Shown: in pieces, positions 1-11,145 of the stretch
How the letters are laid out: every line of letters starts with the position of its first letter
How positions within the stretch are numbered: position 1 is the first letter of the stretch
Assembly (NCBI RefSeq): GCF_018977255.1
Contig: NW_024704754.1
Span: 18,848,001 to 18,912,000, forward strand
Length of the DNA stretch: 64,000 nt
Direction: 5' to 3'
Origin: Callorhinchus milii
Taxonomy: Eukaryota
Position numbers and translations under genes: made by a program
Notes under the pieces: model-generated
Database searches by the model: none
What the model saw: the letters and a program-made list of their open reading frames with translations, nothing else
Told to the model about the DNA's origin: nothing

Positions 1-214
1 TGATGGTGGGAGCAGTCAGGTTGGTAACGGTTTAGGAAGTCGCAGATATTGGGCTAGACCGTGAGGGGCTTTGAAGGTGAAGATGACGATCAAGGATCTC
101 TGGGTGATGTTTAGTTTTTTTTCAATCGTCATTCTCCTTTCTCCCCACTCCGGTGATTTCTGATCCTCTGTGCTAATGGCTGACATGTGCTCGGGGTCTC
201 TGTGTCGTTAACAG

Positions 215-1593
215 GAGGTCCACCACTGCAGGAGGCAGATCAAGTACAGCAAAGACAAAATGTGGTACCTGGCGAAAGTGGTGAGTCCAACTCTCACTCT
301 GTTTCTTCAGCTTCACATAATAATAATAATAATAATAATAATCCTGACATTTAATATAGCTCCTTATCACCTCTTTGAGACGTCTCAAAGCGCTTCACAG
401 AATATACTATAAAATGAATTGACTGTATATTTTGTAGGCAAAACAGTTGGGGATTGAGTGACCACATTTTGGGGGAGGGATTATTACCCCCATAAAGCGG
501 GTTCCTACTGACAGAGGCGTGTAGAGTAAGGAAACTTGCCTAAGATCTCGCTCTGCCTGGGAATCGAACCCGGGTCTTCTCGCTTGCGAGGCAAGTGCTC
601 TAACCACTACGCTTCAGGACTCCACAACTGGGGATTAGAGTGCAGCGCTCCGGAGGGGGAGTGACAATAACAAGACAACAACAACTTACATTTATCTAGC
701 GCCCCACATGCAGGGTAGAGTCCCAGCACAGACGCGATGGGAGGGGGAAACCTACTTCTGTGCTTGTGTTTCAGATCCGGGGGATGACCATCGATCAGGC
801 TGTGGCCCAGATGGAATTTCACGACAAAAAGGGAGCCAAAGTTATAAAAGAGGTGAGAAAAGGACCAGCCAGTGCCACTTAGAGGTGCCCTGGTGAACTA
901 TCTGTTTAACGGCTAACTGGCTCTGTGGCTGGTGCCTGGTGTCTCTCGCTCTCTATGTCAATTCTCTCCCGTTTGGTTTGTGTTCACTCCAGGTTCTGTT
1001 GGAGGCTCAGGAGATGGCAGTGAGGAACCACAACCTGGAGTTCAGGTCTAACCTGTATGTAGGTAAATATCCTCCCCACACACAGCAGTCAGTCGCTTTG
1101 GTTCTCACACTGTGGCTCTGTGCCACCATCGCACTGGTCTGGGGGCTTGAGATATAGGATCATCATCATCATAATAATAATCTTTGCGTTTGATAGAATG
1201 CCTTATCAGGTCGTTGAGACGCCTCAAAGCGCTTTGCAGAATACATGATGGGAGATGGTGGAAGGTGGGGTCTTTGGTTTTTGGGGATGGGGTTGGTGGG
1301 GGGGGATGAGAGGCTGTGATTCAATCTGAAGGGTTGCTTCCCACGTGCCAGGGGTTGACACACTTGTCTCTCTCTGACCCACAGCCAGGTCTTTCTCTGG
1401 GAAGGGTCAGTACCTGAAGAGGATCCGCTATCACGGGCGGGGGATGTGTGGGGTGATGGACAAGGTTTACTGCCATTACTTTGTGCAGCTGGTGGAGGGC
1501 AAACCCCCTCCTGAGGCCCAGAGAACCGGCTTCGACCAGGCCAAAGAGTACGTGCAGGGGCTTCGAAACCGCACCATCATCCACGCTCTGTAG
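215..1593 (+). CDS. MRPL22: Mitochondrial ribosomal protein L22 (uL22m), last four coding exons; 5' exons lie upstream of the window
   Basis: GT-AG exons 215-280 ([22 protein letters not shown]), 775-852 ([26 protein letters not shown]), 993-1062 ([23 protein letters not shown]) and 1385-1593 ([20 protein letters not shown]...[11 protein letters not shown]...RTIIHAL*). They join in frame and match the vertebrate MRPL22 C-terminal half. AATAAA at 1942-1947. Confidence 0.96.
320..625 (-). mobile_element. Near full-length tRNA-derived SINE (tRNA-Ala-like head, L2-like 3' tail ending in (TTA)n)
   Basis: Minus strand reads GTAGTGGTTAGAGCACTTGCCTCGCAAGCGAGAAGACCCGGGTTCGATTCCCAGG (A box, B box, CGC anticodon-like loop), then a body, an AAGCGCTTTGAGACG...GCTATATTAAATG tail and a TTA microsatellite. 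Related heads at ~6934-7040(+), 8590-8765(-), 23145-23290(+), 40315-40460(+) and 60690-60860(-). Confidence 0.8.
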
Positions 1594-1811
1594 CCACGGT
1601 TCCTCCCCGCCTCGGGCCCCACCCTCCTGAGTGTGGCCCCACCCATTTGTGGTCAGAAACCCGCCCCCTCGTGAACACAGACACACCCCCTCAGGAGTCT
1701 GGTCCCACGCTCTTGAGAGTGTGGCTCCACCCCCTCGTGACTGCGGCCCCACTCCCTTGCAAGCCACGCACCGCACCCTTGTTAGAGAGCTCCGCCTCCT
1801 CATGGGTATGG

Positions 1812-1880
1812 CCCCACCCCCTTGCAATCATAGCCCCACCCCTTGCAATCAGCCCCACCCCTTGCAATCATGGCCCCGCC
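1812..1880 (+). repeat. Short tandem repeat (~19-22 bp unit CCCCACCCCTTGCAATCA..) in the MRPL22 3' UTR
   Basis: Three visible copies of cccaccccttgcaatca. Confidence 0.7.
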
Positions 1881-2653
1881 CCTCCATGCACAGTGCTGGT
1901 TGGGAGGACGGCACCACCTGTGTTGAACCTTAGGAGTTTGTAATAAAATCTTTTCTTGTCAGCAATGTTGTGGATTGAGCCTTTGTATTTCTCCGAATCA
2001 GTCGTTATTGCATCAGTCCCCTGGTAGGGCTGGACTCCTTTCGTCGAGAAGCAGGAGGAGGCCATTTAGCCCACCCAGCCTGTTCCACCAGTAGATGAAA
2101 TGACAGCACCATTTCGCCTCAATCCCCAACCGTCTCCCATCTCCCTGTTACACATCCCGGTTGATGGCTTAGGTGCATCAGTGAGGAGAGAGGATTCCCG
2201 TCAGTCCATCATTTACAATACCATTTAATTCCTTGCTCACAAGGTCACAATGCTGTGATGTCCAACTCAATGTCATTTGCACCCCCAGCTGCCCCTCCTT
2301 TCCCCCCCACTCCGCTCTGCCCCCATGCTCCACACCCCCCACGGTCCCCCCACATGCCCAAACCTCATGCTCTGCCATTAAGCTCACCCCCATCAAAAGG
2401 TTCACCCATAACACACGCCCCACAGCTACACTCCCCTCCCCTCCCTCTCTCCCCCACGCACTCTGCTTCCCCCCCCCCCCGTGCTCTGCTTCCCTCCATC
2501 CACCCACCTACTCACACCGCTTCATATTCATCAAAAACAAAGCTAATTCACATCATCTCTATTGCTACATTATTTAAAGCCTGGCTCGGCCTGGCTGAGA
2601 TTAGTATCGTGCTCTGCGCCCCCCCAGCCCCCTCCCACCCCCCAATTCAGCGG

Positions 2654-2884
2654 TTACAGCATCTGTAAGACGGACTGTTTCTGTCTGAACGTATCGATCA
2701 AAGACAGGACCCCCCTCTTGACACCGGAGCCATTGCACTTGGAGTTGGGGTACTCGGGGGGGCAGGGAGAGGCTGGGTTCTCGCCCCTGGTGGGCAGGTG
2801 TGACTTCAGGCAGCCGGGCAGGGGCCGGACTGGCTTTGGTTTGGCTGGAACTGCTGAGGAGACCAGACATTTTTGGTACTGGAG
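2654..2884 (-). CDS. Putative orphan terminal coding exon of an unidentified gene
   Basis: Minus-strand acceptor ttttgtgtccacAG, then an open frame with GC3-rich codons, LQYQKCLVSSAVPAKPKPVRPLPGCLKSHLPTRGENPASPCPPEYPNSKCNGSGVKRGVLSLIDTFRQKQSVLQML*. ATTAAA downstream at ~2224-2229 on the minus strand. Identity not recognised. Confidence 0.4.
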   Translation of the reverse strand, partial: LQYQKCLVSSAVPAKPKPVRPLPGCLKSHLPTRGENPASPCPPEYPNSKCNGSGVKRGVLSLIDTFRQKQSVLQML

Positions 2885-3129
2885 CTGTGGACACAAAACC
2901 AGGCGGTCAGGAACAGGAACAGGAGGAGGCCATTCAACCCTCAAACCTATTCCGCCATTCTATTAGAGCACGGCTGATCCATGCCTCAACACCATTTACC
3001 TTGATACTCTGACCTAACAAAGGTTTATCCATCTCCGTCTCAATCTCGTACAGGTGGGATGCATGGAATTCCCAGTTGGGTTTGAATACTCTTAAGCATG
3101 ATGATGGGTTTTCCCGTGTGTCAGACAGC

Positions 3130-3305
3130 TGGCTGACTAGTGCGGTGCGCTGTTTGTGGGGGCCGCTGCGGTGCGCAATTGGCTGCCGATTTTCGGCCAG
3201 AAAAAAATACACATTACAGTCTATTCCGTGAAGCTCTTTGAGGCGTCTCGAAGACGTGATGAGGCGCTGCGTCAAATGCCAAGATTATTATTGTTATTAT
3301 TATAC
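3130..3305 (+). mobile_element. Deu-domain SINE 3' part with L2-like tail
   Basis: gctgtttgtgggggccgctgcggtgcgcaattggctgcc...gtgaagctctttgaggcgtc...aggcgctgcgtcaaatgc followed by (tta)n. The same family recurs at ~7190-7335, 9305-9450, 12090-12240, 47755-47910, 56320-56450 and 59715-59875. Confidence 0.75.
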
Positions 3306-3384
3306 AGCGCCTTCAGGTAAGGCAGCCTCTCGGAGCTCTGTGTGTTGGTGATTGCCGTACTCACATAGCTTTACCGTTTGACAG

Positions 3385-6300
3385 AGAACCCACCGGATGT
3401 CCCGATTACTCTGACTGAGCCGTACCGCACGCTAAGCGGCCACACCGCGAAGATCACCAACCTGGCCTGGAGCCCACACCACGACGGCCGCCTGGTGTCT
3501 GTCTGTTACGATGGCACTGCTCAGGTTAGTGCTCACCACGGACACGATGGGGGGGGAGAGAGCGAGAGCAGGGGATGGGGTTACAGTAGAGAGCTCCAGT
3601 GGGGCTGTGTGTGATGCATTGCGTGTGTGTGTGTGTTGGAGTGTGTATGTGTGTGGTGTGGTGGGGTGTGGAGAGGGAGAGGACGGTTGGGGGTGGGTGT
3701 GTGTGTGTGTGTGTGGGGGGGGCAGGTGGGGGAGAGGGTGTTGGTGGGAGGATGGTTGGGTGGGTGTGTGTGTGGGGGGGGGGGGTGAGGGGTGGGAGGA
3801 CGGTTGGCTCTGGGGTTTGTGTGACGGTCACTGTCCTACAGGTGTGGGACGTGCTGAGTGAGGAGCCTGTGTGTAACTATCGAGGCCACGTGGGGCGGCT
3901 GCTCAGTGTCCAGTGGTCCCCGGTGGAGCCGGACATGGTGTGGACGGGAGGCGATGACTTCACGCTGCAGCAGTGGGAGGTGTCGCGGCAGGAGCACGTC
4001 CGACCCCCCAAAGGTAACGGGGGTGTGGGCTGATTTGGGAAGAGGGCAGAGGTGGGCGATGGAATTCTGAGCCTCCAGCGCAGCCGAGACCCTCTGGGAT
4101 GATCGAGTAAAATCAGATAATAAAGCAGTTAATAACACCTAATGTTATGTATTATCACTTAATAGTAATGTAGTTTATTCTCGAATAAACGTAAATTTAT
4201 TGGGGACAAAGGAATGAAATGGCCCTGACCTCCTGCTCTGATTCTCAGGTAAGAAGAACTCGGAGCTGGAGAGGAAAAGGTCCACGTTTCCGAAGCCCAA
4301 GTCCAAAAAGAACAGGAAGATTCCGAGCGAGAGGGAACGGGAGAGCGGGGAGAGCCCGGACACCAGGAGCCACAGGGACTGGAGGGAGAGAGAGCAGCCG
4401 CCGGAGACCGTGACCGAGCCAACGTCCGTGCCTAACGGGACCGCCACACGCGGTGAGTCTCGCCATTCACCCTTTCTTATCTTCTACCGTCGTTGGCTGC
4501 GCTTTCAGCCACTACCCCCCGAAACTCTGGAACGTTTCTTCTGGCTGTGATTGAAGACCTTCCCCCTCGACCGTGTCTTCTCCCCGCCCGCTTCCCCCGG
4601 CTTGGTGTCGTGCTCTGCCACTGCAAGGCGCCCTGGGGCGCTGCTCCTGTGTGAGGGGTTGCTGTATAAGCAACATACGTGTAATCTGTTGCTGCTGCTG
4701 TTCTCCTGACAGACATGGCAGACCGTCGGGCCCCCAGTCCGGGGTTTGGCCCCCCGGCGACAGACCTGCTGAGTGGCGGCTCCAGCCAGGACCCTCCTCC
4801 GAGGAAAGAGCGTCAGAGAGAGGAGAGAAAGAAGGAGAAACCGGGTCAGTCATCAGCTCTGACGTCAGGAGGGACTTGTGGAGCAGGGGGGGTGGGTGTT
4901 ACGGAGCAGGAGGGGATGGTGGGGGGCGGTGTGGACAGTGATATTGCCCTGAGAGCTGACTGTCTGCTGTTCACGCAGGGGGTGCTGTGGGGAAGAGGAG
5001 GAAAGGGGGTTCAGTGCTTCCCCTCAGTGGGGCCAGTGACCATCGGCCTAAGGAGGAGCTTCACCAGGACTGTGTTAACCTGGCCAGCGTCCTGTACAGC
5101 AAAGGTAAGCCTGTCAGGAATGTTCCCACCACTGGAACACGTGCTGCGGTGGGGGTGGGCGGAGCGCTGCGGGGGTGGGGAGAACGCTGCGTGCGTGTGG
5201 TGCTGCTGATCACACATGTGTGCGTGTTGCGTGTGTTTCCACAGGGAAGGAAGGGCCCCTCCCGGGGGAGGGGGAGCGGATACAGTTGGGGCTGTTTGTG
5301 GACCGGGCGGCTCTTTACCGGATGTTTGCCGAGGAGGGTGAGTGATGCCGGGGGGATATTGACGCAGAGCGTCGGAGTAATGGGGGTTGGGGCTGGTTGA
5401 GGGGGGTTATTGGAGCACGTAGTTGCGGGGGGGGGTATGGGGTTTGAGGGGCTCAGAGATCCGATGCTTCCGAGGGCAGCCGCAGGGAGAGCCCACGAGG
5501 GGGAAACGGACAGGGGTTATGGAAGGAGAGATCCTCTTTTCCTGGAAGCAGAGATATTGGGGGAGTTGGGGAGTGCGGGGGTGGGTGGGGGTTGTCTGTG
5601 GTGTGGAGCGGGCTCGGTGGGCTGAATGGCCTCCTCCTGTTCCTGTGCCCGTGGGGAGGGGTTGACCCACTGTGACCTCGCTGCAGGTCGGAGCCACCTG
5701 GAGTCGGGCCATCCTGAGCTGCACCATCAGCTGCTGCTGTGGAAAGGAGATGTGAGGGGAGCCCTCCAGGTAGCCGCCCAGCGCGGAGAGCTCAGTGACT
5801 CACTGCTAGCCATGGCGCCCATGGGTATGGACATCATTCTGCGAAACACTCGCTCCCCCTCTCCCTCTCTCGCTATCTATCTCTTTGTGTCTCACTCGCT
5901 CTCTGTCTCTCACTCACTCTGTGTGTGTGTGTGTCTCTCTCTATCTCACTCCTTTCTCTTCCGGCAGTGGGCTGTTCTTTCACACTCTCCCTCTCTCTCA
6001 GTCTCTCACTCTCACCACCCCCCCCCCCCCCCCACCCATCTCCTCTCTCTCACAGTATGCTATGTGGGTGAGGACGATTGGAAGCGTATGTGCTCTCACA
6101 CGCACTCTCTCTCGCTCTCTGTGTCTCGCGCACTCTCTCTCGCTCTCTGTGTCTCACGCGCACTCTCTCTCGCTCTCTGTGTCTCACGCACTCTCTCTCG
6201 CGCTCTCTCTCTCTCTCTCCCCCCGCAGCTGGCTATGGTGTGTGGGTGAGCACAGTGGAGGCCTATGTGAAGCAGTTGTGTTTCCAGGAGCAGTACGTAC

Positions 6301-9300
6301 TGGCGGCCACACACCTGCTCTCACTGCAGCGCGTCCATCAGGCTGTCCAGCTGCTGTCCTCCCACCAACTCTACAGGTCAGCAACGCCCAGCCCCCCCTC
6401 CCTCCCTCTCGCCCAGATCCCCATCCCTCCCTCCCTCTCGCCCAGCCTCCCCTCCTTCGATTGTTGTTATTATTATTGCTGCCCACTCCATCACCTCCGT
6501 GTAACTGGCTCTGGCCGCCTGCGCTTCCCTCGTGCTTTCCCTTCCACCGTCTCTGGCCGCGCTTTCAGCCACTAACCTCTGGAACACTCTCTCCCTCAAA
6601 CCCTCCACCTCGCCCCTTCCTTCCCCCATCTTCAGGTTGTGCTGAAAGACCTTCCTCTATAGTCACCTTTCCCCCCGGCGCAGCATCAAGCTCCGCCACT
6701 GTCAAGCGCTCTGGAGGGCTATCCTCCATGAGGGGTGCTGTGTATGTTGTTGTTGTTTGATGGTTGTCCTCGGTACAGGGAGGCCATTGCAATCGCCAAA
6801 GCCCGGCTGCCACCCACGGACCCGTTGATCAGTGAGCTGCTGGGGAGCTGGGCCGCGAGCCTGGCGAAGGACGGCCATTACTCTGTGGCTGCCAAGTGGT
6901 GAGTGTGGTCACAGAGCTGAGAAACACGCACATGGGGGCTTTCAGTGCGATGGTTAGAGCCCTCGCCTCGCAAGCCAGAGGACCTGGGTTTGATTCCCGG
7001 GCGGTGTGAAACCTTAGGCCGGTTTCCTTATTCCACATAAACACACACACACACACGCGTGCGCGCTTCTGTTTTACGGAGCAGTAAGTAGGAATTCAGT
7101 TGTTAAGTCAGTTGGCAGATCGCTTTTCCGGGGATAATAATCACTTATAATTAAATGAATAAATAAATAATTTGGTCGCTCTACCCACGGCTGTTTGTGG
7201 GGGACGCTGCTGTGCGCAATTGGCTGCTGCGTTTCACCCGCAAAACACCCAGTCACTCCACTTTACAGTGTATCCTGTGAAGCGCTTTGAGGCGTCATAA
7301 GGCGTTGAGTCAAATACAAGAAATATTATTATAAAACGGTCAGACACGGGGGGCCAGGAATCGTGTAGAGGGTCCGTGTGGGGGTGGGGGGGGGAGTCGG
7401 GGTAACATGTAAATGAGACGCCTCTTGCGGTGGCTGACATGCCGTGCTCTTTGCCCACAGTTACCTGACGTCTCGGTGCCCATACGACGCGGCCAAGGTG
7501 CTGGCGAGGAAGGGAGACACGGTGTCGCTCAGGACAGCGGCTGAGGTGGCCCGGCTGGCAGGGGAGGTGGAGCTCTCGGCCTCACTCGCCCTGCGCTGCG
7601 CACAGGACCTGGTGTCGCAGCGAGACTGGCTCACAGCTCAGGAGGTCCTACAGCAGCAGCAGAGCCTACTGGTCAGTCCCATCATGTCTCTCGCCTGCTG
7701 CCCTCCCTAGTGAGCGGTCTCAGTGTTTGGTGCTGTTTACCTTCACACCCCGGCACCTCCCAACCTCTCCCACCTGCTTATTTTCTCCCTAGTCCCCCAC
7801 CTCCCGCTTGCCTGGCTCCGGCTTCCTGCTTGTCCCTCATGCCCTCCGTTCCACCGCCCGCTCTTTCGGCCACTCCGCCCTGGAACTCTGGGCACTCTCT
7901 CCCTCTGCCCCTCCGTCTTTGCCCCGTTCCTTCCCCCATCTTCAGGTCTCTCCTGAAGTCCTTACTCTTCGAAGGTGTTTTCGGTCTCCTCCCCGGCTCC
8001 GCCACTCCGTCCAGCGCTCTGGGACGCTCTCCTGTGTGAGGGGGCGCTGTGTAAATCTGAGCTGCTGTTGTTGATGTTGTTGTGGTCCTCTCTCTCTCAG
8101 GGCCAGAGGTTGCTGCTGTGCACGCACGAGCTGCTGTACAGGAGGCTGGAGGAGCGGGATGTGCTCCTGTGGAGAAGCGCCAACGCTCCCCGGTTCCACA
8201 GCTGGGGGGCACTAGCGAGCCAGAGCTTCCTGAGCTCAGTGCAGGGCGTGTGGCGGGGGGAGTTTGGGCTGGAGACCAGCGAGACGGACAACCTGGAGAC
8301 CCTCCGCAAACAGCTCAGTACAACCGAGTGCCCCCCGGCTACCCCCAACACCCCCCCCAAACAGGTAACAAAACACCGACCGGGCTCCGCGGGGAATCGA
8401 TCGCTGTGAGGTGTAGTGACTGGGTTTTTTTTATATATAATTGACTGCAGCAGTCAGTTTTGGACAAGGAACGTCCCAGCAAACAGCCGTGAAGTGAGCA
8501 AGCGATTATCTGGGCTGATTATCTGTTGCTCGCTCTGCTCTGCAGGCAGCTCAGGCCTGCTCCCCGTCACCCGCTTTTTTTGGTGGGGGGAACGGGATTA
8601 TTACCACGGGAAGTGATTCGCCAATCGGTGAACAACCGGGTTCCCACTTACTGCTGGGTAACCAGAGGCGGGTGTGCGCGGGTGGCGTAAGGAAACTTGT
8701 CTGGGGGTTTCGCCCCCCGCCCGGGAATCGAACGCAGGCGAGAGCTCTAACCACTGAGCTGCGGAACTGCAGTATGATTCGTTATTGACTGTGTTGTGTC
8801 TCTCTCTCTCTCTCTCTCCGCAGCTGTTGCTGACAGTGGCCCAGGAGGTGTGTGGGGTAGGGCTGAGCGAGCTGATGGGGGACAGCTCAGGGGCAGTCAC
8901 CCACACGCTCGGCGCTGTGACCCGCTGTCTGGACGCCGCACACTTCACACTGATGCAGGAAGTCAACCGCCTGCTGCTGCCCGAGGGTGAGTCTCGCTCC
9001 CCGTACAGTGTGAGCCGCAGCCCGGCTCCTATTAGCCGTGATAACAACCCTCATGTTGGAGCCCAGGACGGGAAAACTCGCACAAGCTCAGATCAGGCGG
9101 GAACCATAACATTTAATATGACTTGCGCAAAGTCCCAAGTCTCAGGCAAACTTGGATAAGCCGAGAAAATCTGATCTGATCAGTAATCTACACTGCGCTT
9201 GGTAAAATTCAGCACATCCGGTAAGTGCACAAACAGTTAGGGGTTAAGGCGACATTTCCTGCGGTTTAATGACATCTCAAAGGGTTTCACAAATAACAAA

Positions 9301-11145
9301 CAAACAAATTGCATTTGTGCAGCGACCTTCACGTCGGGAGGACGTCCCAAGGCTCTGAGCGCGAATTGACGGTATATTTTGTGGGCGAATCACGGCAGCC
9401 AATTGTGCACCGCAGCGTCCCCACAAACAGTGCCGTGCGCAATTGCGGCTGCCGTGTGTCGCCCACAAAAGTTGTGTTGGTTCCTCAGTCTCTCCGCTCT
9501 CCGACAAATCCTCTCTGAACGCTTCCCTTGTCTCCCGTCTGTCTGCCCCAGGTCTGGAGTCTGTCTCGGGGCTGGGGTCCCGGCTGGATGGGAGCGACTG
9601 TGAGGGTATGGACGCTCTGCGGAGCCTGGAAGCGTTCTGGTGTTACGGGGAGCTGTACCGGCTGTGGTGGGGTCTCCAGCCCGAGCCGGAGCAGGAGTGC
9701 CATCCCTCCCCCAGCCCCCCACAAGCTGCCCGGGAATCCCCGGACGCTGCGGACGGAGATTTACCACCGGCTCCCGACGGCGACGGGTTACACCGGGAAA
9801 CGTCCGGCTCTGCGGCTGTCTTGTCCGGTGTTCCCGGGCTGCTGTCTGCCTGCTCCCGTCTCCTCTCCGAGGATCACGCCCGGATGCAGGCTCTCGGGCA
9901 GCAGATCACAGAAATCCGGGAAGCCGTGGGCAAACTGATCTGCCAACACCGGGAGTCGGTCAGGACTGAACCGGGAGAGGAGGAGGAGGGAGAGAGAGAG
10001 AAGGAGGAGGGAGAGAGAGAAAAGGAGGAGGGAGAGAGAGAAAAGGAGGAGGATGGAGAGAGAGGAAAGGAGGAGGATGGAGAGAGAGGAAAGGAGGAGG
10101 AGGGAGAGAGAGGAAAGGAGTCTAGAGAAACGATGTCAGTAAACGGAGATGTGGATACGATGGGTGAGCAGGAGACGGAGGCTGGAGCGAGTTTGCTGGG
10201 ACCCTCGGCTCCGAGTGCTGATGGGGACACTCTGAGGTACGTGGGGTTAAGCATCTTCAGCAGTTTATTAACTCGGCCCATTCAGCCCCCCATCACCCCG
10301 GCCCTCGTCAGGCTCCACCGACTCCCCGTCAGGGAACTGATCCAGTTCAAGATCCTCTCATTCGTCTTCGAATCTCTTCACGCCCTGGCTGCTCCCTAAC
10401 TCTCCGACCCTGAAACTCTGGAACACTCTTCCTCTATCCCTGCGCTTTACCCCCTTTTCTGTTCGATCGTGACCTACAGTCACTTCCCACCCCCCCAGCG
10501 TCGTGCTCCACCACCATCAGGCGCTCTGGGCCACTATCCTGCGTGAGTGGCGCTGTGTGAATGCAAGTTGCTGGTATGGGGGAAGAGGGATCAGGCGGGA
10601 GCTTGTCCCTGTTTCTACTCCCAGTCTGGGCGGTGGTGGGGTTGGGGGGGGTAGTTACGTGGAGATGGGGGGGGAGCCTGACGCTCAATGCTCTTGTCCT
10701 CAGGGCTGAGGCTCCGCTGACGAAGCTGACGCAGCGACTGAACGAGGTGAACCGGCAGCGAGTGGAGCTGTCGGCAACAGTGAAGGTTTGTGAGTTCTGT
10801 CTTAGTCTCTCGCGCGCTTTAGTGACCGGTGTTTGTAGATGAGCTCGGCCGACACACGCGATCCCTCTCGAACACACGCAGTCAATTAAACTCGTTCACA
10901 CACACACACCTGCTCGTGTGTGCATGACTTTAGCGACACGTGTGTGAGACTGTAGTGACTGTGTGTTTGTGTTACAGAACTGCCGGTTCCCTGACGTGCT
11001 GGAGTGTTGCCTAGTGTTGCTGCACATGAGCCGGTGCTGCCCCCCCGCAGTGCCCCCCGAGCTGAGGGGGCGAGCCCTGAGCCTGGCTCGTACCTACAGC
11101 TCCCACCGTGGCCTGGCCCTCCGTAGGATCCTGGGGGAGAGCTAG
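3385..11145 (+). CDS. GEMIN5: Gem-associated protein 5, 3' half only (last WD40 repeats, TPR-like dimerisation module, C-terminal RNA-binding region)
   Basis: Exons 3385-3524 ([36 protein letters not shown]), 3842-4013, 4249-4452, 4713-4844, 4979-5104 ([12 protein letters not shown]), 5245-5337, 5687-5824 ([15 protein letters not shown]), 6229-6376 ([14 protein letters not shown]), 6779-6898 ([11 protein letters not shown]), 7461-7671, 8101-8364, 8824-8986, 9552-10236, 10704-10785 and 10978-11145 ([12 protein letters not shown]...*). All have GT-AG ends. AATAAA at 11397-11402. Confidence 0.95.
9975..10120 (+). repeat. In-frame 21/24-bp purine-rich coding minisatellite in GEMIN5 (EKEEGER / GKEEDGER repeats)
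   Basis: About 6 tandem units of aaggaggag(gat)ggagagagag inside exon 9552-10236; frame is preserved. Confidence 0.85.
10275..10580 (+). mobile_element. L2-clade LINE 3' fragment (ORF2 C-terminus and tail) in a GEMIN5 intron
   Basis: Translates [35 protein letters not shown], resembling the L2 ORF2 end motif (HITPxLxxLHWLPxxxRIxFK..KALHGLAP). It is followed by the gcgctctggg...ggcgctgtgtgaatgcaagttg tail. Confidence 0.7.

Noticed and set aside
540-625. tRNA-Ala(CGC)-like sequence, with similar ones at ~6940, 8700, 23150 and 60790
   Set aside because: The acceptor stem is incomplete and each runs into a shared SINE body; these are SINE heads, not tRNA genes.
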